DNA from: Octopus vulgaris
Taxonomy: Eukaryota
Length of the DNA: 64,000 nucleotides
Assembly (NCBI GenBank): GCA_951406725.2
Contig: OX597816.1
Span: 151,218,001 to 151,282,000 of the forward strand
Reading direction: 5' to 3'
Below, piece after piece: positions 13,190 through 27,327 of the stretch. Both the position numbers and the translations under genes were made by a program. Within the stretch, counting starts at the first letter, position 1; each line of letters begins with the position of its first letter. Below the pieces are notes generated by a model. It ran no database searches. It was not told the DNA's origin and was given only the letters and a program-made list of their open reading frames with translations.

Positions 13190-14103
13190 GATAACATTCA
13201 AACTGTCACCAATCCCTTCAGTAGGTTGGCCAGCACCTAAAATTTAGACAATTCTAAATTTTGATCATATTCACTATATGGTGATGGATGACATGCAATT
13301 GAGTATGGATCAAATAGACAATGCTATTAGTATACCCCATGAGAGAGTTGAGAGTATTCTGTACAATGAATTTGACATGAAGGTTTCTGTTCAGTGGTTA
13401 CCATGTCTTCTGACACCTGATCAAAAGTGCACCAGGCTAATCACATCACAGGAAAACCTGGCATTGTTTGAGGCAGATCCAGCTAGTTTCCTTGAATAAT
13501 GTTGGCTTCATCACATTGAATCAGAGACAAACAGACAATCTATACAGTGGAAACACTCTTCCTCACCACCTCCAAAAAAGGCCAAGGTCATTTCATCTGC
13601 AGGGAAGGTGATGGCCTCAGTTTTTTGGGATGCAAATAGCATTGGGTTTATTGACTATCCTCAAAAGGGCCACACCATCAATGGAGAGTACAATGTCACT
13701 TGCTGAAGCAGTTTATCAAGATCATAAGCCCAGGAAAACTGACGAAAGGGTTCTTGTTTCATCAGGACAATGCTCCAGCACACAAGTCCTCACTTTCAGT
13801 TGCTATTGTGCATATCTATGGCTTTAAACTAGTTGATCACCCTCCTTATTCTCCTGATTTGACTCCATCTATCACCTGTTCCCCAACATGGAAAGACACT
13901 TGGTTGGGAACCAGAATTGCAGTGAAAATGACATCATATATGCTGTACTTTTTTTACCAACGGATTGAAAGCTTCACCAATGGAACACTGATGGAAGAAG
14001 TGTGTGGACCAACAGGAGGACTATGTTGAAAAATAAACCTCATTTGCTCACAATCTATGAGAGTGTCTTGGTCAGCCTATGAACTTTTCAGCCAATCCTT
14101 GTA
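13190..14103 (+). mobile_element. Degenerate mariner transposase remnant
   Basis: WLPCLLTPDQK, ETNRQSIQWKH, SAGKVMASVFWD, FHQDNAPAHKS and HPPYSPDL motifs, split by frameshifts and stops. Confidence 0.85.
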
Positions 14104-15368
14104 TGTATTGTAACTGAGGGAATGATGTGTCTGTAGAAATTGTGAGCAAGGTTACTTGTCAGTTAATTTAAAGAAATTATGCCAATTTACAGCAAAATAT
14201 ACTTATTTATGACAAGTATGATAATCAAATAATCCAAGCCTATCCAAAATGAAGGAGTGAATCATAAATTGTTCTTTATCTTCTTGTTTTCTGGATGCTC
14301 ATTCCCAGTATACAGAAGTTGTCAGATGGAACCAATGAAGTTTTAGCACAAGAACATTTAAATAACAATGGTCATTCCATGACTTTTATTGCATATATGA
14401 CACTCATATGTTCTTGTACTTACTTTTTATTTATTTATTTTACATCACAGTTGTTGATCAATAGAGTTACTGATTCAAGGACAATATTGAAAATAGAAGT
14501 TTCTTAGTTGGGTTATTTTGCCAATACAATTCTCTTCAGGTTTTAAATTTGCAAAGAAAATTAATTTGTTGGCAGTCTTGCCCTCCAAATTTTAATGAAA
14601 GGTAGATGAGAGTTACCAGTAAGTAATATATATCTGGAATCTGGAATGTTGTCAGGCACTATAACCCTCTACCAGTTTGGCAATGCAGCTAGCTGAGCAT
14701 TAACCCCTTAGCATAGTGTTTATAGTCAACTTCCAGAAATTCCTGGTTTGGCAGTGCTACTTCACTAGATTTGCTTGAGGTCAGATCCATTTAAATATTG
14801 CTCTGCTGCCTTTCTTTGGACTGAGAAGGTATGCAGTCTCCCTCTTTCTGGTAGCTATGGTAACAGAGGCAATGAAGTGGCTGGGATTGAAATGACTGAT
14901 GACAGTCTCTTTCCTCTTCAGTTTCTTCAATTACCCTATGGTAAGGAAGGTAAGGGTTAAGAGAAGTGCTGCCCTCCAATTTATTTGTTGAAAGGTGAGT
15001 GAGAGTGCCAAGTATGAATCTGTTCTCAATATGTGTCTGTAGGCCACAGAATGCCACTGGGAAATGATATTTGCCCCTATCAGAGAGGATATCAGTGGAA
15101 TTTCTCAAGTGACTCAAGTGGATTGTCTCCTCCACTCAAGGTGGCCTTTTTTTCCAGTTCTTCTTTTGTATTTATGTTATTTTTCATGCCTGTTTTTCTC
15201 ATACTTGATTCCGTCAAATCCCCACCTTATTTATGATTTGCCCCTGTCATGTTCTCTCATCATGTTCCCATTGTCAGGATAGAGGATGATAAAATTGGTG
15301 GAATTTCAGACAAAATATCTTGCAGTTTTGAATCATGTTCTGATATATCCTATCAAGGCCCACTTTAA

Positions 15369-15588
15369 CCCTTTCGTTACCAACCCGGCTAAAACTGGCT
15401 CTGGCTCTGAGTACAAATGTCTTGTTTCCATAAGTTTTGAATTAAAATCTTCCTACAAACCTTAGTCACAATTTATGTTCCTAACACTAGCTTAATGATG
15501 ACTAAGTTATTTTACTAAATTCTTTGTTATATTTAAAGTAATTGAAAGAAACACAGAGCATTTCAAAATGAATACAGTAATGAAAGGG
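15369..15588. mobile_element. piggyBac-type MITE nested in a SINE
   Basis: TTAA on both flanks; TIRs CCCTTTCGTTAC / GTAATGAAAGGG (1 mismatch). Confidence 0.8.
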
Positions 15589-16379
15589 TTAACTTTCATC
15601 CTTCCAGTGTCAATAAAATAGTATCAGGTACATATTTGAGTTGATCTAATCAACTAGACAATCCATCACTGGCTAATCATGACACCAGCACCTGTTCTGG
15701 CACTGTTTTTCTATATATTGCTGGCAGAGAAATGTGTCACTGCTGTCTCTAGTGGTCAAACGTCCATCGTTGATAAGACTAAGGAAGGTCAAAAACACAT
15801 GATCAAGTGGTTTCAGCACTGGAGGTGGTAGGGATTTATCTCCTATTGATATAAACAAGCTTGTATTTTGTACCAAAAGCCAATATGACAGCTTCTCTCA
15901 TGGTATCTACTACAGTATAGTTTGTTCAAACAGAACATCCACATTTAAGTGAAGATACAAATTACCTCTGCTGCCTCTGTCACTAATATATATTTGCATA
16001 ACTTTGTGCCTATGTTAGAAATCATATATATATATATATATAAAATGTATACAGTGCTCAGGTGCACTACAACTCATCAGAAAAAGTAACCAAAACTGCA
16101 TGAACAGTACATAGAATATGCACAGGAAGTGAACTGTGAATAAGTCTTAAAAAAGAGAAAAAAGCAAGAAGAAATGGGGTGGGGGACATCATGTATACTG
16201 TTGATGAATTTCAGGAAGCATGAAAGTTTTGAAGGATGTAGTGCCTTGATAGCTAATAACTGATGCAAGTAGTTTATTTCATGCTTCAGCAGTTCTGAGC
16301 ATGAAAAAATGTTTCTGAAAGTCATGGGTGCCATGTTGTTTTTTGATGAGTGTTAGATGCATGGAATTCAAAAAAGTGC

Positions 16380-16870
16380 CCAAGATTGTTGTTAGAAAGA
16401 TGGTAGGTAATCTTGTGGGTGTCTCGTACCTAGTCAGCTGCCAAATGTCAGATCTTTAATGTGTCCATGCCCAGGGAAGCAAGACATTCGGAATATGGTG
16501 CCTGATGGCAGGTATTCGTCTGGTTGGAAGTTTCTGAACAGCTTCCAGGAGATTGATATGCTTATAGGGGTTCCAGAGGGGTGATGCAAACTCTAGATGT
16601 GGACATACCATAGTCATATGCAATTTAAATAGATAGCTGGAGAGCACCTGACAATGGTCTTATTGAGTGATGCTAAGACATCCTTGGCCTTCTTGACCAT
16701 CTTAGAGACATGGTTTGTTCAATACAGATCATTGTTAACAATAATACCCAGGTCACATTCACCAACAGACTTTTTAAGATTGGTGTTGTTGAGGGCGTAT
16801 TTAAAGCTGGGTTTTTCATCCCAAAATGCATGATGTTGCATTTATTCTCAAGTAGAATAATCGTATCAGT
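16380..16870 (-). mobile_element. CR1/L2-like LINE ORF2 C-terminal fragment (degenerate)
   Basis: NKCNIMHFG and PHLEFASPLWNPY...LLEAVQK motifs on the minus strand. Confidence 0.75.
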
Positions 16871-17317
16871 CATTTAAACACATACATATATACCATTACA
16901 TTCATTTTTGTTTTATTTCTTAATTATACTGTATACTATAAAGTATCAAAAAGTTTTGATATACATCTGAGACATAAGATCACGCTATGATAAGGTTGCA
17001 GATGAGCACCAAAACTTGTTGACACTTCATTAAGAAATAAAACAAAAGTTATTGCAATGATATATGTGTGTGTGTGTGTGCATTTTAAATGGTTAAATGA
17101 GTCAGCTTTTCAGTTTCAACTCAAGTCTCAGATTAAATCATTTACAAAGCAAGTATGAACACAGAAAGTCTGTGTGGTTCGGAAATTCATCCCATAACCA
17201 TGTGGTTTCAAGTTCGATCCCACTGCTCAAAACTTTGAACAATATCTTTTTCCACAACTTCAGTTGATCAATGCTTTACAAGCAGTATTTGGAAGATAGA
17301 AATTAAACACATATATA

Positions 17318-18607
17318 TTAGGTTGTCAAGTATGAAATTTGTAGAAAAGGAAAAAAAAGTTTGCTAATGTTTTATAAATACAAGGAATAGATTTATTCAT
17401 CAAGGTATGCATCCATATTGTCAATACACTTTTGCCATTTCAGTGGTAGCTTGTCCAGCCTGGAACTGTAAAAGCCTGGCAATCTAGGGTCAATAAAATT
17501 TTGGAAGGCCTGTTTTACAGCATCATCAGAATTTTTTTTTTTTTTCTATCAAAAAGTTATCCAAATTCTGGAAGAAGTGGTAGTCAGTGGGGGCAAGATC
17601 AGGTGAGTATGGTGGATGATGGAGAACTTCCAACTCCAACTCGTGTAGCTTCGCCTATGCCATTTTTGCGATGTGTGATCTGGCATTGTCTTGCAATAAA
17701 ATAGAAGTGGATCTGTTGACTAATCTAGGCTGTTTTTTTTTTGGAAGTTTCTGCATCATTTGGTCCAGTTGGCTGCAGTTTACTTCAGCTGTGATTGATG
17801 AGCCAGGTTTAATGAAATCAAAATGGATCACACCTGTGCCAGACCACCAAACCCACACAATCAGCTTCTTTTCATGAATTTTGCTTTTTGGACTGTATTT
17901 TGGTGGCTCATCTTTGTCTAACCATTGTGCTGAACATTTATGATTGTTGTTTTGGATCCATTTCTCATCATGTTACAGTTCAATTCAAAGATGATTCATT
18001 TTTGTGACAAGAAAGTAGCATAATGCAAGCTTCCGAACATTACTGTTTCTGATTTTCATTGAGGTCATGTGAAACCCACTTATCCAACTTTTTCACTTTA
18101 CCAATTTGAACTAGGTAAGTCAGTATTGTTTGCTTGCTAACACCAAACAACAACAATAATTCACAGGCACTTTGAGATGGATCTGACTTGACAGTGGCTT
18201 TCAGTTCATCATTATCCACCTTTGTTTCTGGCCGACCGCATTGCTCATTTGTGAGATCAAAATTACCAGAATGAAATTTTGCAAACCAATTTGATACTGT
18301 CTGTGTAATAATAACATTAGAATGAAATACTCCATTAATATTCCAAGATGTCTGTGATGCTGCATTTCAAAGAAAGAACTCATATTTCAAAACTGTACGA
18401 CTCTCCAGCTTATCCATCTCTAAACAAAAACAGCAAAAAACGATTTATAAATACTTTATAAAGCACAAAATGAGTTAGAATAAAGAAATAGATGTGTCAG
18501 CTTTCTAACAAAAAATAAAGATTGTCACCATATAATAATGGCTCAAAATGAGTAGCGGACAAAGTTTACCATATACCTTACTACAAATTTCATACTTGAC
18601 GACCTAA
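17318..18607 (-). mobile_element. Full-length (1290 bp) mariner element, transposase pseudogenised
   Basis: 27-bp TIRs TTAGGTTGTCAAGTATGAAATTTGTAG / CTACAAATTTCATACTTGACGACCTAA (1 mismatch); TA on the left flank; fragments VWWSGTGVIHFDF and ILLQDNARSH. Confidence 0.92.
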
Positions 18608-19719
18608 TGCATTATATACAAACGCATGTATATACCCAGACACATGTATATGTCCGGGTATATGTGATTTGTTGTAAATCGATGAAGGATATAAATGTAA
18701 GGAAACCAAAAACAAAATGCTACTCTACGAAAGTTCCTAGCCATATTTGTTCTGCACCGAGTTACAGACACTCCTTGGTTGTTCTTACTATCAGAAATGA
18801 GATAAATCAGTGATTGGCCCGTTGAAAACCTGTAACCAACTAACGACGCTTTTGTTCACCATTTACGATAAATAAGTACAATCCCGACATTATCGTTGTT
18901 ATTGAATTAATCTGCCAGTTAGCTGAATATGTGACCTAGTTCCGATTCCCGATTGCAGTCTATATATCATCCCTGCAATCTCATTTTCTCACTTTTTAAA
19001 ACGTTGAATAAGAAAATAATGTAAAGAAATTTATAAGAAATCCTAGACAATAACGCTGTGAGTCAAACAAAATTATTTTCTACATTTATTCTATGTTGTG
19101 AGTTCGAATTCCACGTCTGTCGACTTTCCCCTTCACTTCTCCTGTGTCAATAAAACAGGTACCAGTATTATATATTGGATTAATTTAACTGACTCAATCG
19201 ATTAATCTTACGTCTAGACGAAAGAAGTGAGTGAAGCTTTTCCTTCATTCTTACATTCGTTCATTCCCTTACTTAGTGTATTCTGTTATTCCATTCGCCA
19301 TTATTGCTATCTTTATCTCGTGAAGTCGTGACACGTTCTGCCGTGATCGTGAGACAAAATTCTTCGCAAGCTGCTTCATTGTTTGACTCCAGTACATAAT
19401 TTCCTTAGAAAATCACGTCTTAAATTGACTTTATTGTACGTTTAGATATCTAAGAAACAAAAGGAGAAAAAGATATACATAATAGAACAAAATCTGAATT
19501 ATCAACTTGTTAAAACTTACGTGAGATACTTATGAAAAATCATAAATTATATTGCTGAAATTACATTCATGGAATAATTTGGATTATATATTTTATATAA
19601 CAAACAGAAAAGCGAAATATTATTCATGTGTGTATTTATCCACATCCCTATTTATATAATTATTTGTGCAGATAAGTATATTTTTTGATATTGTATACTG
19701 GATTTCAGTTGTTACATTC

Positions 19720-20162
19720 TTCCCGCCATTGTTTCCAAGCATAGATATATCGACTCAGGAGTTGTTGTTTTTTAGCCCCATATCAACTCTGATCGAATAA
19801 GCCTATGATTAAACGCATTCCCGTATGCAGGAAACATTAAACAACCTTTGAGGGTGTCATTTGAAAGATTCGACTGCTATTTCTAGTAGGTTGACTGACC
19901 ACATTAGAGGCTCTTAGTCGTTGCTGAGTGGCGTGAAAATGACTCTGCAAGACAATAATACTATGAGAAAGTTATTTTCCAGGGTAAATCGGCAGATTTT
20001 TTTCGTCTGTAGATCTAGATCCAACTAAATGTCATGCAACTATTCGACCCAACTCTGATCTTTCTTCTATTCAACAACAACCAACCATCCGGACCTCAAC
20101 TGAGTTGAACCGTCACAGATGAAATTACTCTTTCTCTCTCTTCCTCTTTTTCTCTCTCTGAG
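19720..20162 (+). promoter_or_regulatory. Candidate promoter / 5' UTR exon for the CG-1 exon
   Basis: CpG-enriched relative to background; YY1-like CCGCCAT at ~19723; pyrimidine tract followed by possible donor gag|gtcagc at ~20162. Confidence 0.35.
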
Positions 20163-20516
20163 GTCAGCTTTGATTGCTTTTATTTATATTTTATTATTTT
20201 TGATTTGTATAATTCCACTAAAAATCACGCCACAGAATATCAAGTTAGTAATATTAGACATTAAATCTCGACAGTATCTTACATAAACTCAGCAACAATT
20301 ACATTTCATGATTATGTTAACATACTACAAATAGAAAGTAATTTATTTTTCTCTATAAATAGTGCGATAGCGTAGAATTTGATATTGTGAATATCGAAAT
20401 TTATAGGGTTTAAAAAATTTTATCGTGAGATTTATTTGTTCATATATAACTTTCATATAAATTACTGTATTGGAGTTTTGATACCCGAACTTAACGAAGG
20501 AAACAGGATCATAATA

Positions 20517-21029
20517 ATGGAGCCTTATACAAGAAGAAGATATACAAGACTTGAGACAATAGAAGCTATGAAGCTTTTATGTCTTCCAAGTTCGAACTTT
20601 GTATCAAAAATTCCAAATCGTCCTGCTGGGGGAGAAATCTATTTATTCCAACCTAGACTTCGTATGTATTTGGATAATTGGCGAACAGATGGCTATCGTT
20701 GGTCGAACAGAGGTACATCGACTATGTCCCTCAACAGACGCCCAGCTTTACGGAAAAGTTTCTTCTATTTAATGACCAAAGAAGGACAGAAAAACAATTT
20801 TCAAAAGCATGTCTACAGATTACTGGACAGTGATCAGAAAGTTGTTATTCATTATATCGGCGACGAAAAACTGTGTACGGATACGTCGGTTGCTCCCAGC
20901 AGAAAAAAAAGCCGACATTCTTCGCATTCAGTTCGATCCATCTTACCTTTGCCTGAACAACTTATTAGAAAGAAAGATTTATTTGAAAGGAATAATGGAC
21001 ACGTTATGAAGAAAGCAGATATATTTGAG
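20517..21029 (+). CDS. First coding exon encoding a CG-1-like (CAMTA-type) DNA-binding domain
   Basis: RPAGGEIYLF...WRTDGYRW...FQKHVYRLL...VVIHY parallels the CG-1 consensus (RPxxGSxxL...RKDGYxW...FHRRCYWLL...VLVHY); intact 171 codons; strong phase-0 donor GAG|gtaagt. Confidence 0.75.
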
Positions 21030-22619
21030 GTAAGTTTTATCTTAGACTTGGGTTACTTGTTTGAATTGTAAGAATTGAAAACTTATTTTGAAAGAATATA
21101 CATAACGGAATGGAGAAGTAACCCGTACATCTTTATTACTGATAGGTAACAAAAACTTACACTAATCAATGTATAAAGTGTAATAAAAAGATAATAAGTT
21201 AATTTGATTTTCTATTCGAGTGCAATATATTGCAGATATATTTTAGAAATAGCGTTTTATGTTTTTTTAATTTTTTTCGGGAGAACCGGGGAGAGGAATA
21301 TGATAATTCTGTAACAGTTCAAAATTTTTTAAAGATCTTTCAAACGAAGGACCATGTAATATATGGAGTTAGGTTTAATATATAGTATAGTTTAGCGTGT
21401 TCCTCCTAACTAGGATAATAACTGGTCCTCGGTATTGAAAACAAGCGTATTTATAATAGAGAAACAACTGATCATCGATCTTGACTAAATTGTTTCTAAA
21501 TGTAAATTTGTGCTCGAGCACAATATAATTGATATTTTACTTAAGCACAGATAGAAATACATTATAGTCAGGAATGCAGTTATATATTGTAAGCAGGCTC
21601 ATAGAGAGATATATAAAGTACTATTATAAACATCGCAGAGCTGTTTTCTGCTAATGTTGTGTCTGGCCTATATTCCTAATTGGTATGACTTTTTTGTACT
21701 GATAGCGTTAATGCACTTTGGAAATGTATCAATACCACACGTTCCTATATTTTTATTCCATTTTTATCACTATGTGAGGTGAGTTCATGTTGAGGGAGAG
21801 GGAGAATAAATGCTCCGTGTTTAATAACTCATGGTTCTGAATTGTAGTTTTTTTGCCGGTTCCCTCCCTCCGAAACAGGAAGTGAACTCTTAGCAAAGTT
21901 GACACGCCCACTATTACAACTTGGTTTTTAATGCTTACCAAGCAATTAGAACTTTAGATAGTTTAATTTTATTTTTCAAACATTAAGAATGGCTGTATTT
22001 AATTTTTATTTATATGAAATCGCACGAAAAATATAAAAAAAAAATTGTAAGCTAAAAAATAAATGTATGCTTGACTGGATCTCTTTAGGTTGTTTCCAAC
22101 AGATCAATCTCCACCCTTTGTAAACTGTACGCTTGTAAAACAGGAGTTTATTTATGAATTAAGTTGGCCCAAATGGCAAGGCATCTGACTCAATGCTTTA
22201 CTTACGAAAACAATTGTCAGTTATTTAGTTCCCTAACTGAAGTGGTGTCAATTTGTCCAAGATGCATAAAAAAAAGTCATTTCAAATCAGCAGCGTAAAA
22301 TTATAATACCATTAACATTTACCTTGCTTTATTCTACACTTCTGTTCTCTACTCCGTTTTAACTCGTAAGTTACCAGGTCTGTACCAGAAGTCATACTTA
22401 GTCGTAGAACAAGTGTTCTCAGTCTAGCGATGGAAAGATATGTTTTAGTTATATTATGCCATTAGTGATTGGTTGTGAAAATTGTATATTCCTCTCAAGT
22501 ACACTGTTAAACATGCGATTTAAGAATGAATGCTTGTTTTTATAATCAGATTTTTCTCTGCTAATTAAAATACTAGTACTGATACTGCAAGATGTTCAGA
22601 CTAAATTTGATAGTTTGCA

Positions 22620-23200
22620 TAAAAGGAAAAGGAAACATATCAACTAGATTATGCCTGGGAGATAACAGTTTACTTAAAGTAGCTGCTCTCAGGTTTCACC
22701 TCAGCCTCAAAAAAGGCTCCAGAACCTGACTCATGCATTCTTCAGTGTCCCTGTGAAGATCTTCAAACATCTCCTTAATCTTGGCCACCAGCTTAGCCTT
22801 GTGTTGCAGGCTTCACATAGCAGTCTGAATTGAGCCTGAAGATCTGTTCAAAGATGTGTGGATGAATTTCAGTGTGCAACCACAGTCAGAAAGCCTGCTG
22901 TGGCTCTTCCTACTAGCCATGACTCCATAGTCTCTGTTGCAGCTGTTCATGTCTCGTCTTACAACCCTTACAGTATTCAACAGGCATTGAGCAGTAGTCA
23001 TGATGTTAGCATTTTGATACTCAGTGCAAAGCATCATGATACTGGTAACTCTTTTCCAATATTCAGATTGCTTCCAGTCCTTTGTGTCAGCTAACTTTTT
23101 CTCAACCACAACTTTAATCTTTATGCTTTCCAATGCTGTTGATTGTTAACCAATACATAAAGCTGTTCCTGAAAAAAAGAGACATAAAAAATTGTATATA
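22620..23200 (-). mobile_element. Degenerate, internally deleted Tc1/mariner-like fragment
   Basis: Minus-strand fragments such as AKLVAKIKEMFEDLHRD resemble the C-terminus of maT/Tc1 transposases. Confidence 0.4.
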
Positions 23201-23419
23201 CCATGTTTGTTTTCAATATTTTTTCATGATCTACTCTCAGTGGGTCTTGCAAGATTTTGTGCACATGAACCTTTCAGTGTCCTTTCTATCACTAAAGATC
23301 TTAGTTGTGTTTTATAAGAAAGAGACCTCATAAATATGTGTAAACTTTTATTACATTCTTTTATTATTGAGGTAAGCTTTAGTCCAAAATCAGTTTTTGA
23401 GTGATGAGGACACTGAGCT

Positions 23420-23780
23420 ATTTTCAGTTAGCTAAATCTATCTAGGTGTATATCATTAAGCTAGTATGAGTAGGGCATATTCCAATATTCCAAGAGGCTA
23501 ATTGCTACTTCATCTCTGGAAGTATTGGATTTTATTTGCCATGTATTGACCCATGCTTCTAATGATGATAGATGAGACTTTGTTAAAAAGAATGAGAATC
23601 ATTGTTAGTATTTTAGGTTTGTACATCAAGACATCATCTGCAAACCATTTTAATGGAGAGGATGGGTTTACTGAGGATGTCATTTACATATAACAAGAAT
23701 AGCAAGGGACCTAAAGCAGAACTGTGGAATAGTTGATATAATCATGGTTACTATTAATTTAAGACCATTCAGTAACACCT
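23420..23780 (-). mobile_element. Degenerate CR1-like RT fragment
   Basis: Minus-strand SALGPLLFLLYVNDI and FADDV motifs. Confidence 0.6.
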
Positions 23781-23879
23781 GTACCATTCTCCTTACTCAG
23801 GCATCTTATTGTTGTCTCACTCTGTAGTAATTGTGTATTCACTTACTAAAATACTGTCAGCTCTTGCAAGATCTCATCT

Positions 23880-24356
23880 TTGATAGTGGTTAAGGGTATT
23901 CTGCTCACAATCGTAAGGCTGTAGTTCCAATTCTTGGTGGTGAGTTGTGTCCTTGAATAAAACCCTTCATTTCACATTGTTCCAGTCCACTCAGCTGGCA
24001 AAAATGAATAGTTCCTATATTTGAAAGGGCAAGCCTTATATTCTGTATCATGCTGAATCTCACTGAAAACTATATTAAGGATACATGTGTCTGTGGAGTG
24101 CTCAGCCACTTGCACACTAATTTCATGACAAGGCTGTTCTGTTGATCAGACCAACTGGACCCCTCACCATTGTAACTAACAGAATACCAGTTAGTATTTA
24201 ATTAGTACATAGCATTAGGAAGGACATCCAGCTGTAGAAACTTTGCCAGATCGGATTGGAGCCTGGTGCAGCCTTCTGGCTTGCCAGTCCTCAGTTAAAC
24301 CATCCAGACCATGCCAGCATGGAAAATGGATGTTAAACGATAATGACGATGATGAC
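23880..24356 (+). mobile_element. tRNA-derived SINE followed by an RTE-tail fragment
   Basis: A-box-like TAGTGGTTAAGG head; RTE 3' tail with GAT repeats at ~24213-24356. Confidence 0.6.
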
Positions 24357-27327
24357 GCATTATTGATTTTGGAAAGATGGCAGTCTTTTGCAGAAAGATA
24401 ATTTTAATTAATAATTTCCACACCTGATTAGTCACTTCTGTTGGGGTGTTTTCACTTATAGAAGATTTTAATACTATTATATATTTACCTAAGCTATATA
24501 TGTCATTCAGAAATCATTGGATTAAAGAACTGATGAAATCACCAATGACATTTGTTTCAAGATTATTGATAAATATAATGGAATTGATGCAATCGGAAAA
24601 AAAAAAGTGGTAGTGAGATTTATTCATTACTTAGATTATTAGGTCTCAGTTGAAATTTCTGATATGTTAACTTGCAGATTGTTTTGTAGTTAACTGACAG
24701 TTTTCAGCATTTATTATTTGACTCATGCAATAGAACTTATTTATAGAATTATTTTCCTTGCAGCAATGCAGAAACAGACTTAAAGAAAATAATTCATATT
24801 TGTTAAGCTGTAAAACTACAGTGGAGGCGTGAAATGAGTAATTGCCATAAAAGAATTGTTTTATTGTTATTGAGTTTATACAGGGTTCAAGGTTTGAGAT
24901 TATTTGTCCAAAAGACATGGTTTGAAACTTTGTTACAAACCAAACATTTCATGCCACTAAACTCACTCCAATTATCTGTTATATGTGAAGTAGTCTGTAT
25001 TGGTAAGATTTTGTTCAATAAAGTTTATGAATTAGAATAAGTTGGTGTAGCGGAAATGAATTATAACTATATGGACTAGGCTCCTTCATCTGTGAAGGAA
25101 TTATGAAAATTAAATGGCTATAAAATAGGATTGAAGCATAGAAATGGGGAAACAAACAGGCAATGAGAGGAAATGAGAAGAGTTAGTGGATGCCACTTTT
25201 TGGTAGTTCAGCTGCTGTTTAGTTTTCAATCAGCCTTAATTAAGCAGGTTTATGATCAAAAGTATCCTAGCTGTGAGAATCCCATTTTTTCTATAAGAAG
25301 TTAAAATCTGGATTCCATGGAAACTGATAGAAAAGTTTGATAAGTTCAATTGTTGTGAGGAGTGAAGAATTTAACATTTATGTCCATTGCTCTCTGCCTG
25401 AGATTGAGAAATAGAAGAATTAGTCTTGTGGCAGCACCATTTTATCTCACTTCCTCATTTTCAGATGAAGAGCAAGAGCAAGAACCAGAAATATTAGATT
25501 CTCCACTTCTCACAATATTTTTAACATACAGAACTTTTCAATGCTGTTTTAGCAGTATTTCGTCTGTCTTTACATTCTGAGTCCAAATTCTGCCAAGGTC
25601 GACTTTGCCTTTCATCCTTTCAGGGTTGATGAATTAAGTACCAGTTGCTTACTAGGGTTGATCTAATCAACTGGCCCCTTCCCCCAAAATTTTGGGCCTT
25701 GTGCCTAGAGTAGAAAAGAATATTTAATGCTGTCATCATCTGTTTGAGCTTGCTTGGATTTGCCTAACCTAATCACACCACTCATGATCTTGCATAGACA
25801 CTCAAGAGGTTAGCTGGACAAAATCCTGTCCAAACAGAGCTGGACAATGGTTTGTACTGATTGGTTGACCTGAGTATATTTATATGGGGTGTGCGTAGGA
25901 GGGTATTACAGAATAAAATTTGCTTATTGTTGAGAGGGGGTGGTAAGGGAAAGACTATTATGGAAAGGGAAAAAGTAGTGTCAAGGGGAATAGTGAGTGA
26001 CATTTATAGTGATAGGATGATGGGGAGGGTTGAGTAGGAGAAAATGCAATGCTACCTCACCTTATACTCAAGTGAATAAAGTGGAGTGTAAAAGAAAGAT
26101 AAGATGGAAGGAGGTTATAAAAGAGAAGGAAAAGCAGTTCCAAGGTATTAATGAGAGAGTGATAAGTGTGATTGGGTGGGTTGAGTATGAGGTGATGCAG
26201 TGCTACCCCACATATGTAGGTGGGTGGTGTGTAGAAGAGATATGAAAAGTCAGAGTATATCCTCAAGGGAACATGTCCAAGAGAATGTGGTGATAGATTG
26301 AGGGAGGGGAGAGAGATTGCCCGCATGCTCTCCTATCAAGCATCATGATTTGGGAAGACATAGGAAGGTGAGGTTGCAGGATATAGGTGTCGGGCGGGAG
26401 AGATATATTCTATATGCACAAACCGAGTATTTGCCTTCAATGAGAGGAAGGCTCGTATGATGGGTAGAAGAGATGAGTGCATAGAATAGGCATTTGTAAG
26501 GGGTGGGGATAAGAATGCTTACCCAATATAATAGGCAAGGTGAATTTTTACTATTACACTCGTCTCGTGGGACGAGTATAAACTTTGATTTATGGACTTT
26601 CGGAATAACTATCTCTCCCTCATGGGGAAGGAAAAGTTTAAGGAAGTGTGTATGTGGGGGGGGGGGGGCTTTTGTGAAAGCATTTGTCGTCCCAAAAAAA
26701 AATCAATTTTTTTTTCACATTTTTATTTCTGTGCCTTTTCCCGGCAAACTTGTGAGACGGGTGTAACAGTAAAATAATATACCCTCTTTAATTACGTATA
26801 CATTTACATGTAGCAAGCATGCATAAACCTATTATTATTATTCACTGCAATACTATGCATTCTGTCCTGCTCGCAAGCGGAAACTTATGTAAATTGTTAA
26901 AACAGCTTCCATTACCCATCTGTGACTCACGTATATGTTTGTCCATACTTTGTACTGATCCCAACTGACAGCATGTAATGTGCGGACAGGTGTGTATGTA
27001 ATTATGCTGTTGACAAGTTTCTTATCCTGGTTGCTAGCCTGGTCAAATAAATAACTTCACCCGCCTTAAAATAACCGATGTTCTTCTTACTTTCAAACGC
27101 CCCAGTCACCTTCTTTCTTGCCGTCCACTACTTTATCGCAATATCTAGGATGGGAGAGGTGGGTGGATATTGATTACTTGTTATATAATGACGAAACTTG
27201 TTGGTTTGATCCTCATTTATTTAAAAATAAACACTAAAATCCGCCCCCGACCAAAGGGAAAAAACAACAGCTAGATTTTACCAACTTAACCCTGTAGTTT
27301 AAGGGGGAATAACTCACGTAAAATATT

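Noticed and set aside
23880-23950. tRNA-like A/B boxes here and in other SINE heads
   Set aside because: They continue into SINE bodies and do not form a cloverleaf, so they are not tRNA genes
25780-26560. Purine-rich stretch with several short ORFs
   Set aside because: Probably a decayed retroelement, but no motif could be assigned confidently
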